A stretch of DNA of 11,872 bases from Chthonomonadales bacterium (GTDB lineage: Bacteria > Armatimonadota > Chthonomonadetes > Chthonomonadales > Chthonomonadaceae), in the NCBI GenBank assembly GCA_038217285.1, contig JBBQPO010000192.1, positions 1-11,872 of the forward strand. Direction: 5' to 3'. Made by a program: the position numbers and the translations under genes. The stretch's first letter is position 1, and the number at the start of each line of letters is the position of its first letter. The notes under the pieces are model-generated. The model saw only the letters and a program-made list of their open reading frames with translations. It did no database searches and had not been told where the DNA came from. Below, piece by piece: positions 1 through 8,313 of this stretch.

Positions 1-214
1 ACCGCAGCAATCGTTGCGATTTGAGCCTGTTTCAGATCGGTTTGATCTGGCTGGAACACTGTCTGACCGAAGGCTTACACATTTGGGCGGGCTTCGGGTT
101 ACCCGTCATACGTTTACCGGAATATGTGTAGGGTAGTGAAACAGTTGAAGGAAAAGGAATGGCGCTTTTTCTGGTCGCGCGTGCCACCCTTCCTTTTGTC
201 TGGATTTGTTCAGA

Positions 215-247
215 CGGCGCTGAAGAGACTACGTCTCCTCAGCGCCG
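215..247 (-). terminator. Strong stem-loop downstream of tpiA (possible terminator or 3' stabilising hairpin)
   Basis: On the minus strand CGGCGCTGAGGAGAC-GTA-GTCTCTTCAGCGCCG gives a 15-bp stem with one G-U pair (an A-C mismatch on the plus strand), 75 nt after the tpiA stop. No U-tract follows, so the terminator role is uncertain. Confidence 0.4.
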
Positions 248-322
248 AAGGGGCAACAACCCCGATACCGGTGATAAACCATTTCCATCCGGCCTTCCGG
301 GACTAGAGGCGTTCAACGGCGT

Positions 323-1126
323 TCAGGGCCTGGCTGCCTTGACAATGGCAGCGAAGTCCGCCGGTTTCAGGCTGGCGCCGCCGACGAGTGCGCCGTCGAT
401 GTTGGGTCGGGCGAGCAGGTCCGCCGCATTGGAGGCATTGACGCTGCCGCCATACTGCACGCGTACCGCTTCGGCCGTCGCCGCATCGTAGAGGCCGCCG
501 ACGGTCTGCCGCACCACGCCGCAAACCCGATCCGCCTCATCCGCGGCGCAGACCTCCCCGGTTCCGATGGCCCAGACAGGCTCGTAGGCGAAGATCAGTT
601 GCGCCGCCTCCGCCGCCGTCACGTCCTGCAGTGCCGCTGTCACCTGGCCCGCCACCACGGCATCGGTCGTTCCGGCTTGCCGTTCCGCCAATGTCTCTCC
701 CACGCAGCAGATGGGAATCAGTCCGCCCGCCTGTGCCGCGCGCAGCTTGCGATTGACGACAGCGTCCTTCTCGCCGAAATAGCCGAGAATGTCCGCATCG
801 AAGTCCGGCTCGGGCACACCGAACCGCCCGCGCCGCTCGGAATGCCCCACGATCGCATACCGACAGCCCAGTTCCCGCAGCATTGGCGTGGAGATCTGAC
901 CGGTATAAGCGCCCTTCTCCTTCCAGAACACATCCTGCGATCCCAGCACGACGCCGGTGCCTGCCAGCGACTCGCCGACAGCCGACAGCGCCGTAAAGGG
1001 CGGGCAGATCACGACCGTCACGCCGCTCGCGATCTCCAGGCGACCCAGCAGTTCGCCTACAAGGCGCTCCGCCTCCGATTGAGTACAGTTCAGCTTCCAG
1101 TTCCCCGCAATCACGATCTGACGCAT
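323..1126 (-). CDS. tpiA: Triosephosphate isomerase
   Basis: Motifs [41 protein letters not shown]; 267 aa; GAGGAGG RBS; directly downstream of pgk. Confidence 0.99.
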   Translation of the reverse strand: MRQIVIAGNWKLNCTQSEAERLVGELLGRLEIASGVTVVICPPFTALSAVGESLAGTGVVLGSQDVFWKEKGAYTGQISTPMLRELGCRYAIVGHSERRGRFGVPEPDFDADILGYFGEKDAVVNRKLRAAQAGGLIPICCVGETLAERQAGTTDAVVAGQVTAALQDVTAAEAAQLIFAYEPVWAIGTGEVCAADEADRVCGVVRQTVGGLYDAATAEAVRVQYGGSVNASNAADLLARPNIDGALVGGASLKPADFAAIVKAARP

Positions 1127-1150
1127 CCCGATCCTCCTCGCAAAATGAAC

Positions 1151-2338
1151 CTATTTGTCTTGCAGCGCTGCGACGCCGGGCAGAGGCTTGCCTTCCAGGA
1201 ACTCCAGGGAAGCGCCGCCGCCGGTCGAGATGTGGGTCATCTTGTCGCCGTAGCCGAGCTGGACGACTGCCGCCGCCGAGTCGCCGCCGCCGATGATGGT
1301 GACCGCGCCGGACTCGGCCAGCGCCTTCGCCACGCCGCGAGTGCCTTCCGCGAACTTGCTGAATTCGAAGATGCCCATCGGGCCGTTCCAGACGACCGTT
1401 CCGGCGCCTTTGATGGCCGCGCTGAACTTCGCGATGGTCTTCGGGCCGATGTCCGCGCCCTCCCAGGCGGCCGGAATATCGGTCACGGCGACCACTTTCG
1501 TCTCACAGGCGTCCTCGCCCACATCGAACGGGTTTTTATTGGTGACAATCACATCCTCGGGCAGCAGGATCTTGTCACCGGACGTCTTCAGGATCTCTTT
1601 GCAGAACTCGATATTCGCCTGATCCAGCAGCGAGTTTCCGATCTCCATGCCCTGCGCCTTCAAGAAGGTGTAGGCCATGCCGCCGCCGATGATGAGCGTA
1701 TCGACCTTACCGAGCAGTTCTTTGATGACGCCGATCTTATCTTTGACCTTCGCGCCGCCAAGAATCGAGATGAAGGGGCGTTTCGGCTCCGTCAGCGCGC
1801 TGCCCAGATATTCGAGCTCTTTCTCCATCAGGAAGCCTGCGACCGCCGGAATGAAGTGCGCGACACCCTCGGTCGAGGCATGGGCGCGGTGGGCGGTGCC
1901 GAACGCGTCGTTGACATAGAGCTGCGCCATGCGGGCGAGCCGGTCCGCGAACTCCGGATCGTTCTTCTCCTCTTCCGGGTAGAAGCGCACGTTTTCCAGC
2001 ATCACGACGTCGCCCTCTTCCAGGGCGAAGATCGTCTCTTCGGTCGCGTCGGCCAGAATATCGTCGAGCAGCGGCACATCTTTGCCCAGCAGAACAGAGA
2101 GCCGCTCCGAGATCGGCTCCAGTGTGTACTTCGGGGTCACACCCTTCGGTCGGCCCAGGTGCGAAACCAGGATCGTCTTCGCGTTGTGGGAGATCAGGTA
2201 CTGAATGGTCGGCAGGGCGGCCACGATACGGGTGTCGTCGGTGATATTGCCGTGCTCGTCCTGCGGCACATTGAAATCGACCCGCACCAGCACGCGCTTG
2301 CCGGTGACATCTATATCCTTCAGCGTTTTTTTGTTCAT
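1151..2338 (-). CDS. pgk: Phosphoglycerate kinase
   Basis: Motifs [67 protein letters not shown]; 395 aa. Confidence 0.99.
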   Translation of the reverse strand: MNKKTLKDIDVTGKRVLVRVDFNVPQDEHGNITDDTRIVAALPTIQYLISHNAKTILVSHLGRPKGVTPKYTLEPISERLSVLLGKDVPLLDDILADATEETIFALEEGDVVMLENVRFYPEEEKNDPEFADRLARMAQLYVNDAFGTAHRAHASTEGVAHFIPAVAGFLMEKELEYLGSALTEPKRPFISILGGAKVKDKIGVIKELLGKVDTLIIGGGMAYTFLKAQGMEIGNSLLDQANIEFCKEILKTSGDKILLPEDVIVTNKNPFDVGEDACETKVVAVTDIPAAWEGADIGPKTIAKFSAAIKGAGTVVWNGPMGIFEFSKFAEGTRGVAKALAESGAVTIIGGGDSAAAVVQLGYGDKMTHISTGGGASLEFLEGKPLPGVAALQDK

Positions 2339-2458
2339 TCTTATTCGGCTCCGTTCCAGGGGCGAGAGCGCCTGACGGGGTTCACCCGCCGGCGAACAGG
2401 GTTTAGAGGGGTGGGGTCCGGGGCCGTCCTGGGCGCCTGCGGAGCTGCGACCTCTGAC

Positions 2459-2493
2459 AGAAAGACGGCAGAGAGCGTGCTGCTCTCTGCCGT
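2459..2493 (-). terminator. Hairpin after gap, probable leaky intrinsic terminator or mRNA-stabilising stem
   Basis: Perfect 12-bp inverted repeat ACGGCAGAGAGC (2465-2476) / GCTCTCTGCCGT (2482-2493) with a 5-nt loop, 17 nt after the gap stop, followed by CUUUCU on the minus strand. Confidence 0.6.
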
Positions 2494-2510
2494 GCAGGAC
2501 GTTGGGACTC

Positions 2511-3524
<1,014 letters not shown>

Positions 3525-3693
3525 GATATTGAAGGCTCCTTCTTTGGAAACTGGAGTTGCCTGTCACGTCCCCGGTCTAAATCTTACACTGCCGGTACAC
3601 GCTGACACGGACGGCGCGAGCAACGTCGCGCTTTGCAAACTGTGTCGGATGTGCGAGAGATGGCTTCCTGTCGCACTATCCTACTATTCATGC

Positions 3694-3702
3694 TGGTATA
3701 AT
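3694..3702 (+). promoter_or_regulatory. Extended -10 promoter (TGgTATAAT) for the glycoside-hydrolase-like gene
   Basis: Perfect TGnTATAAT in an AT-rich patch of a GC-rich genome, 90 nt upstream of ATG 3793. Confidence 0.55.
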
Positions 3703-3727
3703 AGCATTTATCGCCCCCAAGCGTCAA
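3698..3727 (-). promoter_or_regulatory. Sigma70-type promoter for gap-pgk-tpiA
   Basis: Minus strand TTGACG (3727-3722), 18-nt spacer ending in TGC, then TATTAT (3703-3698), i.e. also an extended -10. Confidence 0.55.
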
Positions 3728-3792
3728 CAAATGCGTACGCGCATCGATTCTTGAAGAGATTTTCGTCGCTGGAAGCGATAAGGAGGGAACCG

Positions 3793-6066
3793 ATGCTACG
3801 GAACAGATGGCGTCACCTGCTCGCCTCTCTGCTATTGATGATCATAATCGCCTCGGGATGCCCGGTGGACGGCCAGACGCCCCGTGTCCTGTGGGACACC
3901 GGGAGCGATACATGGGTTGCCACCGACGGTCTGGGCCGCCCCCTGCCGACAAGCGATGAGGTCGGGCCGGTGCGCGCCCACCGTACGCTCGGGATGTTCT
4001 ACTTTCTGACATTCGCGCACGGTGGCGTAGGTCCTTTCGACAATACGCAGATCCTGCAGGCGCATCCGGAGGCGCTCCAGGATGTGCGCCATCCGGCCTG
4101 GGGACCGTTGAATTCCGACCACTACTGGGGCGAGCCACTGTTCGGGTACTATGCGAGCGATGACGCATGGGTGCTGCGCAAACATGCGCAGATGCTTGCG
4201 AACGCCGGTGTCGATGTGGTGGTGTTCGATAACTCCAATGCAGCCACCTATGATCGCGCTCGCAGGACGCTCTGTCGGGTCTGGGAACAGATCCGAAAGG
4301 AAGGCGGCAAAACGCCCCAAATCGCCTTCCTCTGCCCTTTCGGAAATTCCGGCGGCATCGGTTCCCGTACGCTGGGCGAACTGTACGACACCCTCTTTGC
4401 TCCGGGTCTCTACTCCGATCTCTGGTTTCGATGGAACGGCAAGCCTCTGGTACTCGCATCTCCCGACTACGCCGCCGAGGAGGCGACGCAGGCCGTGCAG
4501 CAGGTGCCTTCGGACCTGGCTCTCGGCGAAACGCTCGGGCAGACGTTCACCCTTACGCGACCCTTTCTCTCCATAGGCGGTTCGTTTCCGACCTGGGCGA
4601 CCCTCGGCTCGGGGATGACACTCTCCCTGTTTCGCGATCGGCCCGGGGGCAAGCTCCTAGCCCGAAACCGGTTTGAGAATGTGAAGGACAACGCAACTCT
4701 GCTTCTCGACATGGGGAGAGCGCTGCCACCCGGAACCTACTATCTGGAGATGTCCGATCCGAAAGGGCGTGTCGGATGGTGGGGGCGATCCGGCCGCTAT
4801 GGCAATGGCGCTGTACAGACAGGCGAACCCGTTACCGGCGATCGGTCGCTCTTCGTGCAGTATGAGGGCGAGGCGCAGCCGCAGACTTTCGAACTTGCCA
4901 TGCGGGTGTCGACGCCGGAGGAGGCTGCGGACCGCGCCCGTAAGATTCGAGATTTTTTCACTTTCCGCACTCCGATTGCGCCATACGACCTGGCGCAACC
5001 CCCGCCTGGTGGTTGGGCCTGGCTGCAGAACTATCCGCAGGCAGTACAGCGCGGCCCGACCGGCGCGATCGAACAGATCACGGTGGGAGTCGCCCAGAAC
5101 TACAACGCGACCACGCATCTGGCGCCCATGAGCTTCCCTGGCGCATTCGGGCGCAGCTACCATAATGGCAAGTTAGAGACCGGGCCGGACGCGGTGCGCC
5201 ACGGATACAACTTCCAGGAGCAGTGGGAGCATGCGCTGCAGGTCGACCCACCGTTCGTGTTCGTCACAGGGTGGAACGAGTGGACTGCGGGATTCTATGC
5301 CGAGTGGGCAGGATACAAAGCCCCGCCCCCGATCTTCGTCGATGAGTTCAGCGAAGAGTTCAGCCGAGACATCGAACCGATGCGAGGCGGACACGGAGAC
5401 GACTACTACTATCAACTCGTCGGCGATGTCCGGCGCTACAAGGGCGTCCGTGCGCTGCCGTCCGTGACGCCTGCACCGATACGGATAGATGGGCGGTTCG
5501 ACGATTGGAAGGCGGTTCGTCCGGAGTTTCGCGATGCGGTCGGCGATACGGCTCACCGAAACGCGCCGGGGGCCGGTCAGGCCAGACCCTATGTCGATGC
5601 GACTGGTCGCAACGACATCGTAGCCGCGAAAGTCAGTTTCGATGCGCGTTTCATCTACTTCTATGTGCGGACCCGTGCCAGAATATCGCCGCACACCGAT
5701 CCAGACTGGATGCGCCTCTACATCGATGCCGATGCGAATTCCCGCACGGGCTGGCTCGGCTACGACTTTGTCGTCAATCGCAAGGTTGGCGCTCGGACGA
5801 CCCGTCTGGAGCGGAATGTCAATGGAGCCCTGCAGTGGAAGCAGGTCGCGGAGGTGCGGTATGAGGTGCGCGGGAATGAACTGGAGATCGCGATCCCGCG
5901 AGCGGCGCTGGGCATCCGGAACCTGCCTGCGACTCTCGACTTCAAGTGGGCCGACCACTGCTTCCACAACGGCGACTGGACCGACTTTACTCTGTATGGC
6001 GATGCGGCTCCCGACGATCGGTTCAACTATCGCGCGATCTTGAAAACCGCAGGCAGCCGACGATGA
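3793..6066 (+). CDS. Probably secreted glycoside-hydrolase-like protein (GH99/GH71-like barrel with an inserted beta-rich domain and a C-terminal CBM9/DOMON-like domain)
   Basis: ATG 3793 follows an AGGAGGG RBS; 757 aa; N-terminal basic plus hydrophobic signal peptide (MLRNRWRHLLASLLLMIIIASGC). Motifs GMFYF, WGEPLFGYY-SDD-WVLRKHAQML-AGVD-VVFD, WNGKPLV, VFVTGWNEW and DIEP resemble GH99/GH71-like enzymes; IRIDGRFDDW opens the C-terminal domain. The ORF-track start (3382) overlaps gap and is not credible. Substrate unknown. Confidence 0.8.
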   Translation: MLRNRWRHLLASLLLMIIIASGCPVDGQTPRVLWDTGSDTWVATDGLGRPLPTSDEVGPVRAHRTLGMFYFLTFAHGGVGPFDNTQILQAHPEALQDVRHPAWGPLNSDHYWGEPLFGYYASDDAWVLRKHAQMLANAGVDVVVFDNSNAATYDRARRTLCRVWEQIRKEGGKTPQIAFLCPFGNSGGIGSRTLGELYDTLFAPGLYSDLWFRWNGKPLVLASPDYAAEEATQAVQQVPSDLALGETLGQTFTLTRPFLSIGGSFPTWATLGSGMTLSLFRDRPGGKLLARNRFENVKDNATLLLDMGRALPPGTYYLEMSDPKGRVGWWGRSGRYGNGAVQTGEPVTGDRSLFVQYEGEAQPQTFELAMRVSTPEEAADRARKIRDFFTFRTPIAPYDLAQPPPGGWAWLQNYPQAVQRGPTGAIEQITVGVAQNYNATTHLAPMSFPGAFGRSYHNGKLETGPDAVRHGYNFQEQWEHALQVDPPFVFVTGWNEWTAGFYAEWAGYKAPPPIFVDEFSEEFSRDIEPMRGGHGDDYYYQLVGDVRRYKGVRALPSVTPAPIRIDGRFDDWKAVRPEFRDAVGDTAHRNAPGAGQARPYVDATGRNDIVAAKVSFDARFIYFYVRTRARISPHTDPDWMRLYIDADANSRTGWLGYDFVVNRKVGARTTRLERNVNGALQWKQVAEVRYEVRGNELEIAIPRAALGIRNLPATLDFKWADHCFHNGDWTDFTLYGDAAPDDRFNYRAILKTAGSRR

Positions 6067-6098
6067 CAAACGAAGCCCAGGCTCTTCAACGCCTGCAG

Positions 6099-6217
6099 GT
6101 GGGCGTTGGTCTTGACGTCGGTGAGATCGTTGATCGCAACGACTTCGACGTCGTCCGCGTGGCGAGCAAGCAGGGTACGCAGGGTCAAACGATCGATGCG
6201 ACCAAAACCGTTAATTC
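6099..6217 (-). pseudogene. gap: Duplicated gap 5' fragment (direct repeat copy 2)
   Basis: Translates on the minus strand to INGFGRIDRLTLRTLLARHADDVEVVAINDLTDVKTNAH; 4 substitutions versus gap; lacks the gap start codon, RBS and the rest of the gene. Confidence 0.93.
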
Positions 6218-6383
6218 TTAAGCATACACCGTTAGGCTTACGGCGTGTGCAGAGTCCGATGCCTATGCCGATTTTGAGCGCATTCGCGAGGTTTCGCCCC
6301 ATTGGGCCGAAAACCAGTCTTCTAGACACTTTCGAGCGCAGGCGCTTGAAAGCCATACAAAACTTACGACAGGAGCGAGGGTT

Positions 6384-6809
6384 ATGCCGGAAACGATACT
6401 TATAGGCGGTCTGGAATTGAGATTTCTCGAAGATAAGAAGAGCACCGAGGGCAGCCTCGACATGTTCGAGATGACGGTGCAGCCGAATGCAAAGGTGCCG
6501 GTTCCCCACTACCATGAAAACTGGGACGAAACTATCTACGGTCTGGCGGGAACGATGCATTTTCGGATCGACGGTCGCGAGGTCGCCTTGGCCCCCGGCC
6601 AGACTGCCTTTATCCCCCGTGGTATAGTCCATAGCTTCAGCAATAACGGTGAGGAACCGGCGCGATGCCTCTGTGTCCTGTGCCCGGGTGTGCTCGGCCC
6701 CGTCTATTTCCGCGAGATGGCAGCATTGCTTGCCTCGCCTCCTCCCGATCCCACAAAAATGAAGGAAGTCATGCTGCGCTATGGGCTGATACCTGTCCCG
6801 CAGGGGTAG
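6384..6809 (+). CDS. Cupin domain protein
   Basis: Cupin motif 1 PVPHYHENWDETIYGLAG and motif 2 PGQTAFIPRGIVHSFSN (His, His, Glu, His metal ligands); AGGAG/GAGG RBS; 141 aa. Confidence 0.93.
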   Translation: MPETILIGGLELRFLEDKKSTEGSLDMFEMTVQPNAKVPVPHYHENWDETIYGLAGTMHFRIDGREVALAPGQTAFIPRGIVHSFSNNGEEPARCLCVLCPGVLGPVYFREMAALLASPPPDPTKMKEVMLRYGLIPVPQG

Positions 6810-6946
6810 AACGGATGCAGTTATAAGATGCATTCTCAACCAGTCGGTCAACCGTAAGAGAGCATATCAACTGCCTGGTTTCCGGCTCCTATGCCGGTCG
6901 GCGTAGTAAAGGTGGTTTAGAGACTGCTCCCTGCCGCCTGCTCCCT

Positions 6947-6982
6947 TTGACACAACAGACGGTCTCTTGCATAATACATGCA
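6947..6982 (+). promoter_or_regulatory. Sigma70 promoter with an overlapping palindromic operator candidate
   Basis: TTGACA (6947-6952), 17-nt spacer, CATAAT (6970-6975); inverted repeat TGCAT-N5-ATGCA (6968-6982) overlaps the -10 box. Confidence 0.7.
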
Positions 6983-7011
6983 GCGAGCTTGATGCGAAAG
7001 GAGTCGTAACC

Positions 7012-7275
7012 ATGACACTGCACCTGGAACTGCCTGCCGATGTCGAAGCGCGTTTGACGGCGGAAGCGCAGCAGCACAACCTGTCCCTGGAAGACTACGC
7101 CCTGAACAAACTTCTCGCTCTGCCTGCACCGGAACCGTCCCGCGAGGAGACCGCAGGCGAGGCCATCCTGCGTCTCACACGAGAGACATTCGGAACCCTG
7201 CCCCCGGAAGAACTGGCAAAACTGCCGACCGACTTTGCCGTCAATCACGACCACTATATCCATATAGTATCATAA
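7012..7275 (+). CDS. Small antitoxin-like protein (ribbon-helix-helix/CopG-like N terminus), orphan
   Basis: AAGGAG RBS 8 nt before ATG 7012; 87 aa; MTLHLELPADVEARLTAEAQQHNLSLEDY is RHH-like; the C-terminal LPTDFAVNHDHYIH resembles the tail of antitoxins I recall preceding PIN-domain toxins. Confidence 0.72.
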   Translation: MTLHLELPADVEARLTAEAQQHNLSLEDYALNKLLALPAPEPSREETAGEAILRLTRETFGTLPPEELAKLPTDFAVNHDHYIHIVS

Positions 7276-7380
7276 TGACCGCTCGACCTGCAGAGCGAGC
7301 TGGCGGGCATTAGCGAGAGAAAGATTCTCTGTTATATTGCTTTGTACGCTTGATGCCTCGTTCGGCATTGACCTTGTCGC

Positions 7381-7410
7381 TTGCGCCCGCTTATAGGAAA
7401 CGCGTATAAT
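7381..7410 (+). promoter_or_regulatory. Candidate sigma70 promoter for the ATPase-hpnCDE transcript
   Basis: TTGCGC (7381-7386), 18-nt spacer, TATAAT (7405-7410). Confidence 0.45.
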
Positions 7411-7447
7411 GGTAGGCGGTAGGACGAACCCAATGGTGGAGAGTGGA

Positions 7448-8308
7448 ATGACCCGACGAGAGGTGTTGTTGGCGACGCGGTTTGGAGAGCGGATCGCGGA
7501 GGAGGAGGGCAGCGAGCTCAACGCTTACTTCGTCGAAACCGATCCCTGGCGGCGCATCTATGGCGGCGAGGTCGATGTGGTCTACGGCGTGAAGGGGGCG
7601 GGGAAGAGCGCGATCTACTCGCTGCTGCTCAGCCGCAGCGAGGCGCTATTGCAGCGCGGCATCGTCGTGGTGGCGGCGGAGAACCCGCGCGGCGTGCCGA
7701 TCTTCCGCGACCTGACCGCAGAGCCGCCGCCCGGCGAGAACGAGTTTCGGGGCATCTGGAAGCTTTATTTTCTATCGCTGATCGCGCAGCAACTGCGCGC
7801 CCTGTTCCGCGTCTATCTCGACCTGCTCCAGCACCGCCATCTCTCGCTCAAAATCTTCCTGCGCAGCGACATCTGGCAGCGCATTCTCGCGCCCGGTTTT
7901 CGGGAGGCCAGCCATGTCACGCGCCACCTGACCATCTCCTGGAGCCATCCGGCGCTGCTCAATCTCGTGGTCCGCCGCGCGCTGCACAACGACGCCCTGC
8001 GCGCCTTCTATCAGGTACACGAGGCCGAAGTGCTCGCCGACGTTCAGAAACAGACGAAGCTATTCTATCGGATCTTCCCCGATCAGGTCGAATCCGGGCC
8101 GAAGCGCCCGAAGACCTTCGACTGGATGCTCTCGCGCACCCGCGACGCCTTCGATTGGAACGTCATTAGGGACATTGCGGTGGAGATCGCCGACAAGCTG
8201 TGCGATGTCGGCTTCTTCGAAAAGCAGGGATCGCGCGAGGATCTCTCATTCCGCGTTCCGTTCCTCTACCGCCCCGCCCTCAAAATGGTGCAGGGCTCCG
8301 CAGAATAA
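7448..8308 (+). CDS. P-loop ATPase (Sll1717-like family), apparently internally deleted and possibly an in-frame pseudogene
   Basis: FGERIAEEE...YFVET leader, Walker A GVKGAGKS (7586-7609), LKIFLRSDIW, C-terminal VPFLYRPAL; 286 aa; no recognisable Walker B. The start could alternatively be ATG 7433. Confidence 0.75.
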   Translation: MTRREVLLATRFGERIAEEEGSELNAYFVETDPWRRIYGGEVDVVYGVKGAGKSAIYSLLLSRSEALLQRGIVVVAAENPRGVPIFRDLTAEPPPGENEFRGIWKLYFLSLIAQQLRALFRVYLDLLQHRHLSLKIFLRSDIWQRILAPGFREASHVTRHLTISWSHPALLNLVVRRALHNDALRAFYQVHEAEVLADVQKQTKLFYRIFPDQVESGPKRPKTFDWMLSRTRDAFDWNVIRDIAVEIADKLCDVGFFEKQGSREDLSFRVPFLYRPALKMVQGSAE

Positions 8309-8313
8309 CACCT

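Noticed and set aside
222-264. Glycine-riboswitch-like words GAAGAGAC...GCGCCGAAGGGGCAAC
   Set aside because: The closing CTCTCAGG element is absent, and on the plus strand it points into the 3' end of the convergent tpiA rather than a downstream gene. An Rfam scan would settle it.
124-524. Short ORFs 124-306, 159-491 and 303-524
   Set aside because: No recognisable protein features; they overlap tpiA or the hairpin-rich spacer.
6207-6234. 7-bp direct repeat ACCGTTA (6207-6213, 6228-6234) at the edge of the gap fragment as a target-site duplication
   Set aside because: Too short and only 21 bp apart with no element between; at most a junction microhomology.
6027-6851. Minus-strand 274-aa ORF containing the gap fragment in frame (possible chimeric gene, also from ATG 6356, whose first codons resemble the gap start)
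   Set aside because: Mostly antisense to the cupin; no RBS before the internal ATG; the Rossmann Gly is mutated; the 10-bp similarity to the gap start is compatible with chance.
8200-8313. N-terminal extension of the hpnC ORF
   Set aside because: Overlaps the ATPase C terminus in another frame; ATG 8314 gives a typical HpnC length.
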